Counted from the first letter of the stretch, positions 13,601 to 25,832 are shown. The stretch is DNA of 64,000 nucleotides from a virus (IMGVR_UViG_3300028591_000108:1-64000); one strand, 5' to 3'. Made by a program: numbers and translations. The notes: generated from the letters alone by a model not told the origin.

Positions 13601-16600
13601 AACAAACGATTCTATCATAGTAGATAAATCAGGCATATCAGCATCTTCTACATGTATATTTTCACTAATCCAAGCCTAAGTTGCTTCTAACCCTTCTCTA
13701 GTATAACCGTTCTGTTCAAATTCATCAATTAAAGCATTTCGTAACTCAGCGGGTAATTTTATCGTATTACTATAAAAATCAGCAAATTGATTAATAAAAT
13801 CATTTGGATCTTGACCATTCTTTTCAAGCACAGTGGCCTAATTTATTCCAGAAGTTAATAAATTACGTAAATTTAAAGTTAAATTAGATAAATCAATTCC
13901 TTTGAATAAATCAAGATCTTTTTGTGACAATAAATTATTTTCACTAATCTAATTAAATTTTTTCTCAATCTATTGTTTATTATATTCAATCGAATTCTCA
14001 AATGTTTTTAATAGCCAATCAGTATCTTTTAGTTCAGGGATTAATTTTTGTATATCATCTGAAGAATACTATTCTGGATGACTTAAAATAGCCTATATTT
14101 CTTTCTTTCTATCTTCTGTCACTCCAGCAAGGACATTATCAATTCCTTGAAATAAAGTAGAAGCAACATTAGCAATGTGGCTACGAGAAAAATCAGGAGT
14201 TTCTTCTGCTTGAATTTCAGAGTATAAAGCCTCAACTGCCTGATTAAATAATTCTGGTATTTCGTTAAAAATAGAATTTGAAGAACTAGATCTATATTCC
14301 AAATTCATCCAGCTTGTAACGGTTGAACGATTTGCGGCTGTAATTGTATTTAAATTTTCCTATAAGGCCATTGCTTTTTCTTCAACGTCCGCTAAATGAC
14401 CTTCCATCTCTTCCTATAGATCAAGGTTATATTTATTAGCTAAATCGTAAATTTCTCCTATTTTTGCAATAGTTGTTGCTGAATCGACTTTTTCTATAGC
14501 AGTATTTAAATCATCAAATAACGCATTAAACTCATCTGCCTATTCTAACGTTAAATCCTAAAAATTTTCAAAGACACCTATTCCAGAACCACTTATTAAA
14601 TGCCTACTTGTTTGTCCTGTAACAGGATCGGTAGAAGTAGCTGTAGGAAATAACCCATTATATGCTCCAGTCCAATCAGCCGATAACCATCCATTATTTG
14701 CATTCTTTAAATCATTTTTATACGATTCTGTTTTCGCTCTCGCTGCTTCTGCTTCAGCTTCAACCGCACGTAGTGTCGCTGCGGCAGATTTATCTCTTGC
14801 TTCAGCTAGTAAATCTTCCATATAAGTAACATTTAAAACAGCTTCATTATTCTAGTCATAAGAAGATACAAGCAAAGGATAGGTCTCTGCTAATTTATCA
14901 ACTGCAGTCTAATATTCTTCTGCAGCTTCGGCACTATCATAACGAGTTTTTTCTAATTCTTTAATTTTCTTAATAGAACTATCAATTGTTTTATAATCTG
15001 ACTAAAGCTATTTAGCTTTATTCGATAATTCTTCTGCTTTCGCCGTTAATTCTTCGATTTTTGCTTCGATGGACTAAGCCTAAATTGCCTATGAAAGGCC
15101 ATTAATTATTGCAATAATACCACTAGCAATTGCCACAACAGGTATAGCTTTCCATCCAGATGCCGCGATTTCTCCTGCGGATTTAATCATTGCTCCTGCT
15201 GTTATAGCTATGCCTGCAATTATCTATAGCGTTCCAGATAAAGTTTTACCTTCTTTAGTCGTAGTATTAATTGCTAAAGATATCATATTTAATGCTTGCC
15301 CAAAAGCGTTAATTCCATTTCCTAATAATTTCCATTTAGCATTAACATCTACCGCTGTTAATCCTAGCATGTTTAATACTCTCTGTGCCTCTGGGCCGCC
15401 TTGTGTAATAATATTATAAGCCTACTAGGTAATTAAACCCATAGACTTCATTTCATCTGCTATACTAGCATAACCACGTGATAATTGTCCAGGAACCGTT
15501 TCTCCATTTTTTTGAACAGAATTTAAATAATTTATACGATTCATCCAGTCACGTTTTTGATTAATTTCCGCCTATGCGCCTCCAAATTTTTGTCCTACAT
15601 CTGTTATTAAGCTTTTTGAACTTACATTAAATCCATTAGCTAATGCAAGACTTAATTTAGTTCCAAGTTGATTAAAGACTGATTCATGGCCTGAAATAGT
15701 ATTTTCAACTTGCTGAATAGTATTTTCAGCTTCTGCCTATATTTCAGTTCGAGTTGAGTCTATCCCAGCTTTAAAACCCTTGCCCATAAGAAATGCAGTC
15801 TACTACAATCCCTAAAATGCAAAAGTTTTTAATATGTTTACTACTGATGCAATTGCATTAATGGCTCCAATTGGAAGTTTTCCAAATAATTTTGGCATTC
15901 CATTAAGTGTATCTACTACACTTTTTGCTCCATCTAAAAAGCCTTTCCAAATATCTTCAATGCCAATAGTAGTATAAAATTGCTAATATGCTACACGCAC
16001 CTGCTCAATTTTAGATTCTAGAGAATCCAATGCTTTTAATGCTTGAACAGTACCAGTATCTTCACTATTTTCAGCAACAGCAATATTTTCTGCTAATAAA
16101 TCTTTATTACTAACTAATGCCAAGAAACGAGATTGCTGACGGTTACCTGCAAACTAAGTTGCAATATAACGTTGCTATGTAGATTCTAACTAATTCCATT
16201 TGTCAGCTAATTCAGTAATAACATCAGTAAAATTACGGAATTGCCCTTCTGTATCTTTTAAAGTAATGCCAACAGACTATAATGCTGCATCAACTTTATT
16301 ATAAACAAGTTCTTCACCTTCAGAATCAGTCATTGCTAAAGGATCAGATTTCATTTCACCATAACGAGCAGCAATAGATTTTAATGCACTACCAATATTA
16401 GTAGCAGATTCACGAGTAACAGCTACCATAGTAGCAATCATTGCAGAAGTTTCTTGAAAACTAGAGCCGACAGATTCCATAGAAGAAGCAGTTTTACTCA
16501 TAGCAACTGCAAGTTCTTCCTAGGATACAGCTGTATTAGCGGCTAAGTTGGAATAAACATCGACGACAGTCGCAGCTTCAGACATTTCCATTTTAAAACC

Positions 16601-18160
16601 GCGTAAAGCAGTTGTCATATAGTCTGTTGTCGCGGCATAATCTAATCCAGAAACTTTAGCTAATTTTAAAGTTTCATTGGTTAATGTTAAAACATCAGCC
16701 GTTTCCAAACCTTGCTGATAATAAATCTAAGACACTTCATACGCACCTTTGATTGTGGTACCATACGTTTGTGCCATCTTGCTATACTAATCAATCTATC
16801 CCCATAAGTCACTAGTATCCATGTCAGTAACTATAGAGATCTTATTCATAACACTATCTAATTCTTTAATATGATTTGCCGCTTCTGTTATAGCTTTTTT
16901 AGTTAAATTTAATACTTGATAAAAACCCATAAAATTAGCAACAGTTGTCTTCATTGCATTAAATGAATTCATTACTGCTTGCTAACGTAAATACTCAGCA
17001 TTAGTTTCTTTTAACGTATTACGTAACTAACTATTTGCCTATTGTATACCCGCCGCACCAGCTTTATAGTTATTCATTGCTGCAGTGGTACTAAAAATTG
17101 AAGTTTTTAACTACTCCATTTGCCCATTTAATTCAGCAATCTTAGCATCATTCTAAGCACTTGCTGGAGTAAGCTCTGTATTTTTTAAACGAGCAATTTC
17201 TTGCTAAATAGCTTCATATTCTTGAAACTAGGAGCGTAAAGATTCAAGATCCTGTGACATAACAGGAGCATTTGTTTGAGCATTTTTCCCCTAACGTATA
17301 ACACCAGAAAATAAGCCACTTTTTGCTCCTTGCTCTGTGAACCATTTATTAATATCAGTAAGATTAATCCCACTTAAACTTTTCCCTAATGATTCTTCTA
17401 TTTTCTTCTAGATTTCACCGGGCTCTAAGTGATACATTTCACCAATTGCATCTAAAAGAGCTTGTTTGGTAACTCCATTATTCCAAGATTTAATCTATAA
17501 ACCACTTTCTGTTTGACGTAAAAATTTATCAAACATTTCAGTCCCGATTGAACCAGCACTTAAACCATTAGTAACTAACTAAGTTGCACTTTCTCCTAGC
17601 TATTTATTAGAAAGTAAAGCTTTATATTGTTCATTTTTTTCATTAACTTTTTGCTTTAAAGCATTAATATGATTATCTACAGTAGATTCAATTTCGGAAA
17701 AACTTTTATTTAAAACATCGCCTTTTAAATTACCAAGTAAATCTGCAGTGTTAGTATCACTTAATAGTTTAGCTTTAGTCTATTCCTATAATTTTTGATA
17801 TGACTCTCTAATTGTATTAATCTCATCATTAAATTTCTATAATTCATCAGCCTATGCTGGAGTTAATTTAATATCAGAGAATTTTAATCCCTACATCACG
17901 ATAGCAACTCTTGCTGCTGCTTCTTCTAATTTATCAATAGTTTTTTCTGTAGAATTAAACTATTGCTAAGATGAAAAAGGTTTAGATAGCTATGCCTATA
18001 GCTTCTATGCATCCGCAGTCATGGAATTAATTAGCTTACTTAATGCTCGCCAGTTATCAGTATTAGGCTATAAATTATCTAAAATTTTCTAAAAACTTGC
18101 AACTGAATCTTGCATAACCTTTAGTCGCACTGGAACACTAATTTCATTTATATTAGCCAT
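1625..18160 (-). CDS. Giant tape measure protein (~5,511 aa), TAG-recoded
   Basis: ATG at 18160 after AAAAGGAGAG, TAA at 1625. Thirteen ORF-track fragments (2597, 3359, 3779, 4769, 5429, 5660, 5990, 7166, 10379, 14093, 14558, 16277, 16520) are all in this frame. TP901-type TMP core at ~16100-16900 (ETLKLAKVSGLDYAATTDYMTTALRGF, ESATNIGSALKSIAAR, FAGNRQQSRF). Not every codon was checked by hand. Confidence 0.88.
4538..4660. repeat. Exact 48-bp tandem repeat (~2.6 copies) inside the TMP, encoding GTAELTGTVTNEIATD
   Basis: AACCGTCCCAGTGAGTTCAGCAGTTCC starts at 4538, 4586 and 4634. Confidence 0.95.
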
Positions 18161-18183
18161 ATTCTCACTCTCCTTTTATCTCA

Positions 18184-18220
18184 AATAAAAAAAGAGCCAC
18201 TTTCTCGCAAGAAAGTGGCT
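18184..18220 (-). terminator. Intrinsic terminator upstream of the TMP
   Basis: AGCCACTTTCT-loop-AGAAAGTGGCT stem followed by a U tract on the minus strand. Confidence 0.75.
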
Positions 18221-18221
18221 A

Positions 18222-19097
18222 TCATATATCAGCATCCAAATCTTCTCCTAGATGCTAAATCTCAACTATTAAATTCTATTCGTCACCGACAGTCTCCGGC
18301 AACCCTATTATATCAAACGCGGACACCGTTGGATCAGCCCTTTCTCCCAATCGTAAGTTAATGTCGCTTACGATCCTAACTTTAGGCATATACAAAATAT
18401 TCGTATAATTCATGCCCTCATTCTCGTCCTTAGAATAAAATTTCCCTTCTAAGGTAAACAAGCCATTAAAACGCTCTTTCTTTAATGTATAAGAAAGAGC
18501 CTCTTTCCCATAATCATAGTAATAATCTACTACATATTTCTTATTGGTGTCTGCCAATATTGTCAACTCTTTATTTTCATATAACTCTAAGCAAGGACGA
18601 TCCTTTTTATCATCAAAAGGATCTTTCTTCCCCATAATACGTTTTCCATATATTTTCTTTTGCACGGAATCGCGCGCGAAGTCAAATATGAAAGTCTTTT
18701 TTCTATTGTTCTCTACAGGCCAGTGTTCCAAAAATAACTAATGATTCTCATCAATCTCCATTGGCCCTTCTTTTTTATGCATCAAAATTGGTTTATCTAC
18801 GCCTTTAACCGCTACTCTCGCGCCCAGAAGCACTCCTAAACCAAACTAAGACACAACGCCTTGAGTCATTTGGAATCTAACTTCTGATCTATCTTGCCAA
18901 ATAACTTTAGGCTAATTTTCCCAACCACCTCGCGCAAAAATTGCTCTATTCTACTCCGATAACATCGACATTGCTATATGATCAAAGTAAAGAACCGGTT
19001 CATCTGATTCAATCTTACGTTCACCAAAATCCATAGCAGTTTTCGCGCGGAGAACAACTTCATATAATTCTTTTATGCCAAAATATTCTTCTACCAA
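18222..19097 (-). CDS. Tail tube protein paralogue (291 aa), TAG-recoded
   Basis: TTG start after AGGTAGGTG, TGA at 18222. YFGIKELYEV...ARGGWEN...W and LRLGERADPTVSAF align by eye with KYGIKEVANV...AQGGWGNPKLVQW and LQAEGDPSTFEM of the adjacent major tail protein. Confidence 0.7.
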
Positions 19098-19114
19098 GGT
19101 TTTCACCTACCTAA

Positions 19115-19149
19115 TAAAAATCCTAGGGACTCCATAGGAGTCCCTAGGA
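19115..19149 (-). terminator. Intrinsic terminator after the major tail gene
   Basis: TCCTAGGGACTCC-ATA-GGAGTCCCTAGGA perfect stem, then a U tract on the minus strand. Confidence 0.85.
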
Positions 19150-19162
19150 CATTATTAATTAA

Positions 19163-20119
19163 TTAAGGGGTCTGAGAACTCTCAGCGGTTAGAGAACCAA
19201 TGTCAGTCTCAGCAGTACCAGAAGTACTAGTAGTTACATTGTAACGAACTAGCTTCATCATTTCGTCACCATCACGTAGAACGTTTAGTGTCATTTCGAA
19301 AGTAGAAGGATCACCTTCGGCCTGTAGAGTAATAGTAACATTGCTCTGTACCTTAGCCTTATTGATAATGAACTGGAATGGCTCGTCACGACCGGTCTTT
19401 TCAGAACGGATTAGAGTATCACCGACTACCTTATAAGTGCCAGGGAAGGTATCTGGAGAAATAGTAACTTCAACTGCATCTTCAGTTTCAGTATCCGCAG
19501 CTACGACTTCATCCCAGAAAATACGAATCTTATCACCAGCGGCAGGAGCTTCTCCAGCAGAAGCAATGCCGGCCTTTGGATTCTTAAAGAGAATGCTATT
19601 TAGAGCAGCCATTGTACCTTCAGTAATCTGAGTACGATAGCCCTTGGTTAAGTTAATTAACTTAATTGGGTGCGCAACAGAAGCAGCGGGTAGCATCTGA
19701 ATACCAGTAATATGATCCTTTGGAGCGGGTACAAATACCTTACCTGCATTAGTATCAGTGCCTGCTACAGCTGTTACTTCCTCAGTGTGATGTACAACTA
19801 CAGTATCAGTGCCCATAGGACGCTTGATAGCGCCACCTAGCATGAAACGTAGAGACTCTAGAGACATTAGAGCATCTTCTAGAGTAATGTTGATTTCCTT
19901 ACCATAGTCCCACTGTACTAGTTTTGGGTTACCCCAACCGCCCTGTGCGGCTACATTTTCTGCAGTAGTTTCAATGGTGGAAACTTTTAGAGTATCTAGG
20001 AAAAGTACGATGTCGCCCTTGTATACGCCGGTCTTTAGATCATCATCTAGAGCTTCGAAGTAAACATTGGCAACTTCTTTAATACCATACTTATCAAAAA
20101 TATTAACATTGTTAGCCAT
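19163..20119 (-). CDS. Major tail tube protein
   Basis: Intact 318-aa ORF with GGAGG RBS, no in-frame TAG, highly biased codons and its own terminator. It lies between the neck genes and the TMP. Confidence 0.8.
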   Translation of the reverse strand: MANNVNIFDKYGIKEVANVYFEALDDDLKTGVYKGDIVLFLDTLKVSTIETTAENVAAQGGWGNPKLVQWDYGKEINITLEDALMSLESLRFMLGGAIKRPMGTDTVVVHHTEEVTAVAGTDTNAGKVFVPAPKDHITGIQMLPAASVAHPIKLINLTKGYRTQITEGTMAALNSILFKNPKAGIASAGEAPAAGDKIRIFWDEVVAADTETEDAVEVTISPDTFPGTYKVVGDTLIRSEKTGRDEPFQFIINKAKVQSNVTITLQAEGDPSTFEMTLNVLRDGDEMMKLVRYNVTTSTSGTAETDIGSLTAESSQTP

Positions 20120-20136
20120 AAAAGTTACCTCCCAAA

Positions 20137-20916
20137 TTATGACTTGTCGCTATCAGCTATTGAGCGCATCCAATGCTTCAATTGCGACTTTTGTATTTTA
20201 GCACCCGCTAATGCGGCTTGCTGATTTATATTAAACTAATCACGCCACCCCATCCGCTTGAGTTGATCATGAAAAGCATAATACGTAATGTCCCAAATAT
20301 TTAATATATTTAGGCCGCAATCATTCAGAGGAACACTTGCTATTAAGTCTGAGAACTTTAAATCTGATCCATTTTTCTTTGCTTCTTTAGCTTTCGCGCG
20401 ACGAAGTTTTTCGCGCCGATCGCGCTATTGCATTTTCAGCCGTTTAGTAATTTCTGGATCATCCTCATAAATAATAATTTCTTCATCCTCTGTTTCCAAA
20501 AAATACATTCTACGAAGTAATCGCTAAAAATCGTAGAATTTATCCTCAGTTAATAGGTGTTTTTCCGCCAAGGGGCCTATAATAATTTGTGCGGGCTCCA
20601 TTGAAAAAATTGCATCTTCATGGGTAAAAAATTTGAAACCTTTTTTCATTAGGGTATGAATTTGCGGGTCTAAATTAGCCATTAGTAAGATATACTAGAA
20701 ATCTGTTAATTTAGTCATTAGCTCTTTTAATTCTTCATCGGCATCATGCTAAGTACTTGGCTTAACTGCTGTAAGTACACTCAAATACTTCTAAAATTCT
20801 TCATATCCCTCATCAACAATTTGCCCCAATGTCGCAGGGAATACCGCACAAATATCTTCTATAAAAACTGGAGATCCCTTTAAAAACTTCAATACTTCAT
20901 CATCAGTTAAATTCAT
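20137..20916 (-). CDS. Conserved tail-region hypothetical protein (259 aa), TAG-recoded
   Basis: MNLTDDEVLKFLKGSPVFIEDIC...HWMRSIADSDKS-TAA. The frame is interrupted by TAG and is missed by the ORF track. Confidence 0.65.
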
Positions 20917-21409
20917 TGATTTTATACACCATTGAATAACCACCGATCCAAGGAGTCAATGTTAATGGATCTGCGCGATAAAATTGCAATGTACCGATAC
21001 CTGCCATTTTTGCGCCATTAAACATTTCATCTATTTCTTGCATAATAAGATATGGCCGCAGAGACTAGTCATCCATTAGCCATTCTTCATAAGGGCAAGC
21101 AATATCAAATCGGACAGTAGATATTTTAAATTCTGGATTTAACTAATTAACTACAAATCCATCAAATAGAGCAGTTACATAAGACATTTTTTCTGTACTA
21201 TCATCAAATATCTTAGGAACAATTAAAATTTGTTTATTAATTAATTCTGCTCCATCCACCGGAGGATACTTTTTTTCATTAAAAGGATCTCTAACCTAAT
21301 ATTTTAATAGGCGGCAAAGCCGCGGATTTGACATTAATTTATTAGCGATTTTAAATGTATTAAGTCCCATCACAGCGAATCGGCGCTGAGTTGGCTGTTC
21401 TAATGCCAT
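20903..21409 (-). CDS. Putative tail completion/terminator protein (168 aa), TAG-recoded
   Basis: ATG after GAGGTGA. ...RFDIACPYEEWLMD...LRPYLIMQEIDEMFNG...GIGTLQF. Neck-region position. Confidence 0.6.
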
Positions 21410-21419
21410 TTTATTCACC

Positions 21420-22799
21420 TCACCATAATGGAATTATTTCGACTGTTTTAGTATATTGTTTAACTTCAGATAACACCCACTTATCATCTGATTCTATAGA
21501 AGAATCCCAGTGATAGACCGAATAATTTAAAGCTAAAGTTATGGTACCAAGATTATTTTTATTGTTTGCACGCAGAATAAAGACATCAGAAATCTCATTC
21601 CATGTTGGACTTTTAATAATAGTACCATAATCTTTTGCTTGTTTATTCTTATCCGGATAATTCTAAATTTCAAGAGAAATTACTGCTTTTTCCTACTCGG
21701 CATTTATATGCGAGTGTATAATATTTTCTTTTCCTTCAGAATCAAATGTACCATCTGTTAGATAATAAGAATTTTCTCGATCCAGTCGAATTTTATCGTC
21801 TCCTACAATATAATAAACTTTATCCGCATCATTAATAATAATTTCTATTTTCTTTTCTATTGCATGCCTCTATTTTAAGCGCATAGTTATTATGCATTGT
21901 CCTGCCGCCGAAGCATGTAGTTCTTGATACCACTTTTCCTCCTGCCCTTCTTCCTCTTTCTGTTCACTAACTAGACTAAAATCAGAAGGACGCATTTCAA
22001 TTTCCCATTGATTTAAAGTATCAATTTCAAATTGAGGAATAATAGTATCTCCAGATTTATATATTGTAGGAAGCTTTGGAAACTTATATTTATCTAAATC
22101 AGCTAAATCATCAGTTCCTTCGCCTAGATAATCATACTGAAGATTTACTTTGTTTTCTGTTAAAGACATATAAATGATACCTTTAACGCTAGTAAAATCT
22201 GATTCGACCATTTTCCAACTTTCATCTTCAATAATAAAATTTGTACCTCGGTCAACAGTATCAAGAATCTCGGCGCCATCATTAGCTGGTCGCGGCATAA
22301 TAATTTCAGCATATTTATTTGGTTGTGGTGTTATTAAGTTATGCCATGTTCTAAAATTACCTTTTACCTTATCATCGGTGGAACTTAAAACATAAGCCCA
22401 AGACTACTTTAAATATCCTTTATTATTAATCCACTTAATCAAATAATTACATTTCAATATATCAAAAGTACGATAAGTGCCATTTACTTTCTTTTCCTCT
22501 GAAAGCAAAAGCCATTTCTCAGTTGACCCATCACTTTGCGGCCAATTCATAATGTCTCCAACCTTTATAGGAATATCATTAGAGACATTCAAATGCATAA
22601 TCTTCTAATATGCCTTATCTTTACTTTGTAAAATAATGCCATCAAAATATAATCCACGTTCTACAGAAAGAGTAGAAACTGTATGCGGAGATTCATTTTT
22701 CCATCGCTGAAAAGTACGAATACCTCCATTAGTTACACGTTCACCAGTAGTTTCGCCAAAGTGATTTAGGCGCGAATAATATACTTCAAGATAATTCAT
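21420..22799 (-). CDS. Putative head-closure/neck protein (459 aa), TAG-recoded
   Basis: ORF pieces 22605, 22404 and 21870 share a frame. Ends VEIIPLW-TGA. Confidence 0.65.
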
Positions 22800-23121
22800 C
22801 TGGAGCCTCTAATCCATCCACTAAATGCATACTTTCAAATATCGTACGCCTAAAGTGTTCATAGGTTAAATAGCGTAAGGAATTAATTTTCCCTATTAAT
22901 GCCCACCAATTAATACTATTCGCGCCAAGTCCCATCAATTCTATTGTAATAGAGTCAAGAAACTTAATCCATTCGCCACCTTTTTCGCGCTCACATAAAA
23001 GGCCATATAATCGACCTTTTAATTTATTTAAATAACCATCAAAAGTTTCATTAGATATATTTCTACTTTCCGGCCAATCGTCTGAAGATTGCGGCTGGAC
23101 TATGGTTACGCGATCTATCAT
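22786..23121 (-). CDS. Hypothetical neck-region protein
   Basis: Intact 111-aa ORF. The start is uncertain because it overlaps the upstream gene. Confidence 0.6.
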   Translation of the reverse strand: MIDRVTIVQPQSSDDWPESRNISNETFDGYLNKLKGRLYGLLCEREKGGEWIKFLDSITIELMGLGANSINWWALIGKINSLRYLTYEHFRRTIFESMHLVDGLEAPDELS

Positions 23122-23533
23122 ATCGTCCCTCTGCTTTATGAACCTCTAGCGCGACTTGAGATTCAAGCTTATTTAATTTATCAAGGTGGTTAGCTTGAGA
23201 ATAATCACTATCGACGTATAACTAACGTATATTTTCCCAACTAGCAATACAACGTTTAACCCATTCATGCTTCATATAGAGCGCAAGCATCTATATTTCT
23301 GCATTAGTTAAATCCTCTTTAAATTGCATTACTGTAATGGGATTATCGCTTTCTGACTGTTCTAACTCTTCCATTTCTAAACTAATACGTGGATATTTAA
23401 AACGTTCAATAGCCATCTTGAGAAGCTCTTGCCAATCTCGTTCAACAATGGCGAGCTCTTCCTCCAATGTCCATTCATCTGCGGTTATCCGCGCCAAAAA
23501 AGCGTCATAAACTTTTAAGAAAGGGGTCGCCAT
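23051..23533 (-). CDS. Putative head-tail adaptor (160 aa), TAG-recoded
   Basis: MATPFLKVYDAFLARIT...DLTNAEI(TAG)MLALYMKHEW...DYSQANHLDKL. The first TAA in frame is at 23051. Confidence 0.6.
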
Positions 23534-23538
23534 TTAAA

Positions 23539-23982
23539 TCACTTCTCTTCTGCCTGATGTTTCATATTAATGGCATTAATAATATCAACATCGCAGTATT
23601 TCTTAATTAGACCTACGAAAGCAGGCGCTGTAATTCCCTTATCTACTGCAATATTTACAACAGAATCCTTTTCTGCCGTAGTAGCATTAGGAATAAATTT
23701 TGCAAAACCAGTGATGTCATTCTTATCAAACATAGCTGCAATATCAGTAGCACTTACTACAGTGCCTACTTCTTCAACCTGCTCATCCTCTGCTAGACCA
23801 TCAACTTTAATGAAGTGTCCATTAACAAGAGCCATAAAGCCAGGATCAAAAGTCATTTCTTCATAATCTTCCTGTGATACAGGAACAGCACGTCCGGGTG
23901 TTAATTCACGACTCCACTTAATATTTGGGAAAAATAGTGATACGGTTGCCGTGCCAACATTAGTTAATGTAATTTTACTCAT
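23539..23982 (-). CDS. Hypothetical head-associated protein
   Basis: Intact ORF with GGAGG RBS directly after the capsid gene. Confidence 0.7.
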   Translation of the reverse strand: MSKITLTNVGTATVSLFFPNIKWSRELTPGRAVPVSQEDYEEMTFDPGFMALVNGHFIKVDGLAEDEQVEEVGTVVSATDIAAMFDKNDITGFAKFIPNATTAEKDSVVNIAVDKGITAPAFVGLIKKYCDVDIINAINMKHQAEEK

Positions 23983-24005
23983 AATAAATTCCTCCTTTTA
24001 TCTCC

Positions 24006-24045
24006 AAAAGAAAAAATGGGGCGGGTGAGTAAATCACCCACCCCA
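24006..24045 (-). terminator. Intrinsic terminator after the major capsid gene
   Basis: GC-rich stem (TGGGG.GGGTGA/TCACCC.CCCCA) followed by a U tract on the minus strand. Confidence 0.7.
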
Positions 24046-24060
24046 GTGGTTATTAATCAA

Positions 24061-25179
24061 TTACTGATTATTATCGGTCTTGTCATCGAACTTTGGAACT
24101 AGGCTCTGGTTATAAGCTTTCCAGCCGCTACCTTCATCTAGTGCCGCATTGTAATAAATTCCCCAATAGTTAGGCATAGTGAACATGCCGACACCAACCT
24201 TTACATATCCCTGTAGGACGAAAGAATTGTCGCCTTCATGATCATCCCACTCACGGAAGTATGGAGATCCTTCGAAAGCCATCTTAATTAGCTTTTCCTT
24301 ACCAGATGGTAGGACATAAGCGAAAGATGGATTCATAACAGTCTTAGAGTTGGTTTCATCGGTAAAGGACTGAGGCATAACAACAATTGGTACACCCTGG
24401 AACTTTCCGATATATCCGCGCTCACGAATATCAATCATGTCCTGATCAGAAATCTTTCCACCAACCCAGCTTGGATTAGCATTGCTGTAAACAATAGCAT
24501 TAACCATCTCAGCAGCAAACTCAGGTGTGCAGTAAATGATTGGAGAACCATAAGCCGCAACAGTGTTGCAGAGCTTCTTCATAGTAACAGGATTGAAAGC
24601 ATTAGCAGCAACCTTGTTACGAGCAGGACGACCAGCTGCATTCCAAGAAGCTAGTAAGCATTCCTGAACCATCTCAAATAGACGATCAACAATACCTTCC
24701 TGAATTACTTCATAGATGTCGGTCATGCTCTCTAGACCATCGAGATAACGCTCGAAGTCTACATATCCAGCGCCACCAATGGCCTGAATGTAGACGTCAA
24801 AACGATCACGATCTAGCCTAAAGGTCTCGTAGTTACCGGATTCGGTAGCGCGAGTAACAAACTGCTTGCCGCGCTGCTTGCCGCGAGTTACACGGAATTC
24901 AGGACGGGTGCCCTGTGCAAAATGTAGAGTCTCAACGAACATATCTAGAGCAGACTGTACACTCTGTGGTAGAACTTCCTCTAGATTCTGCTCAAGTAGC
25001 TCAAAAATGTCTTCCTTGTTACGATTGAAGACGTGACGATTAAAATGACGACCATCTTTGGTCATGAGCTTGGCTAGCTCATCATGAAGAGCAGCCTCAT
25101 AATCATAATCGGCGGCTGCGAACTCAGCAGGAACTTTACGTCCAAATACGCCGTTCATTAAAATGTGTAGATTATCCAT
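24061..25179 (-). CDS. Major capsid protein
   Basis: Intact 372-aa ORF with GGAGG RBS, no TAG and strong codon bias. It follows the portal, protease/scaffold and decoration genes and has its own terminator. Confidence 0.85.
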   Translation of the reverse strand: MDNLHILMNGVFGRKVPAEFAAADYDYEAALHDELAKLMTKDGRHFNRHVFNRNKEDIFELLEQNLEEVLPQSVQSALDMFVETLHFAQGTRPEFRVTRGKQRGKQFVTRATESGNYETFRLDRDRFDVYIQAIGGAGYVDFERYLDGLESMTDIYEVIQEGIVDRLFEMVQECLLASWNAAGRPARNKVAANAFNPVTMKKLCNTVAAYGSPIIYCTPEFAAEMVNAIVYSNANPSWVGGKISDQDMIDIRERGYIGKFQGVPIVVMPQSFTDETNSKTVMNPSFAYVLPSGKEKLIKMAFEGSPYFREWDDHEGDNSFVLQGYVKVGVGMFTMPNYWGIYYNAALDEGSGWKAYNQSLVPKFDDKTDNNQ

Positions 25180-25196
25180 AACGTTCGCACCTCCTA

Positions 25197-25832
25197 TTAA
25201 ATTCTAATAATCTGATACTTAACGCCCTTTCCGCCGTTAGGTACAGTGTAGTATTTTACGATTTTACCATAGATACCAGCCTGAGGAGCAGCTTTAACAA
25301 TTTCTGGAATTGCATTAGCAGCAGAAACAGTTTCATTCTGTCCAACAGCATGAATAGCAACATATAGAGGAGTGCTATCAATTGCCTTTAGAGCAGTATC
25401 TAAAGCGGCATCATTAGCAAAGTTAGAAGTGTCGTACTGTAAGCAATTAGTGGTTACAGTGTCACCAACACCTAGTAAGCCTACACGAGGATAATCGCCA
25501 GCAATTTTGCGGCCAAAGCGCTGTAGACCATAGTGTTCACGATCATATTCTTTTTCAGTTGTGTATACAATACCAATAGGGGCAGAAGTTGCAGCAGTTG
25601 GTGGATTAATAGCACCCGCGGCCTTATCGCCCACGACCCACATACCATTCTCACAAGGAGCGGCCTTTGTAAAGGCTTCTCCTAGAGGAGTCTGGGAAAC
25701 TACCATACCAGTCTTTGGGAAAGCTACTTGATTTAGCTCAAGGCTGGCATATAGCTTTTCATCAGGATCACGATGCTGAGCAACTAGATCGCCTTCAACA
25801 TTGGTAATTGGAAATCTATTCATTGTTGCCAT
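25197..25832 (-). CDS. Capsid decoration/minor head protein
   Basis: Intact 211-aa ORF between scaffold and capsid. CENGMWV and GDTVTTN motifs are typical of the pre-capsid gene in SPbeta-like head modules. Confidence 0.6.
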   Translation of the reverse strand: MATMNRFPITNVEGDLVAQHRDPDEKLYASLELNQVAFPKTGMVVSQTPLGEAFTKAAPCENGMWVVGDKAAGAINPPTAATSAPIGIVYTTEKEYDREHYGLQRFGRKIAGDYPRVGLLGVGDTVTTNCLQYDTSNFANDAALDTALKAIDSTPLYVAIHAVGQNETVSAANAIPEIVKAAPQAGIYGKIVKYYTVPNGGKGVKYQIIRI

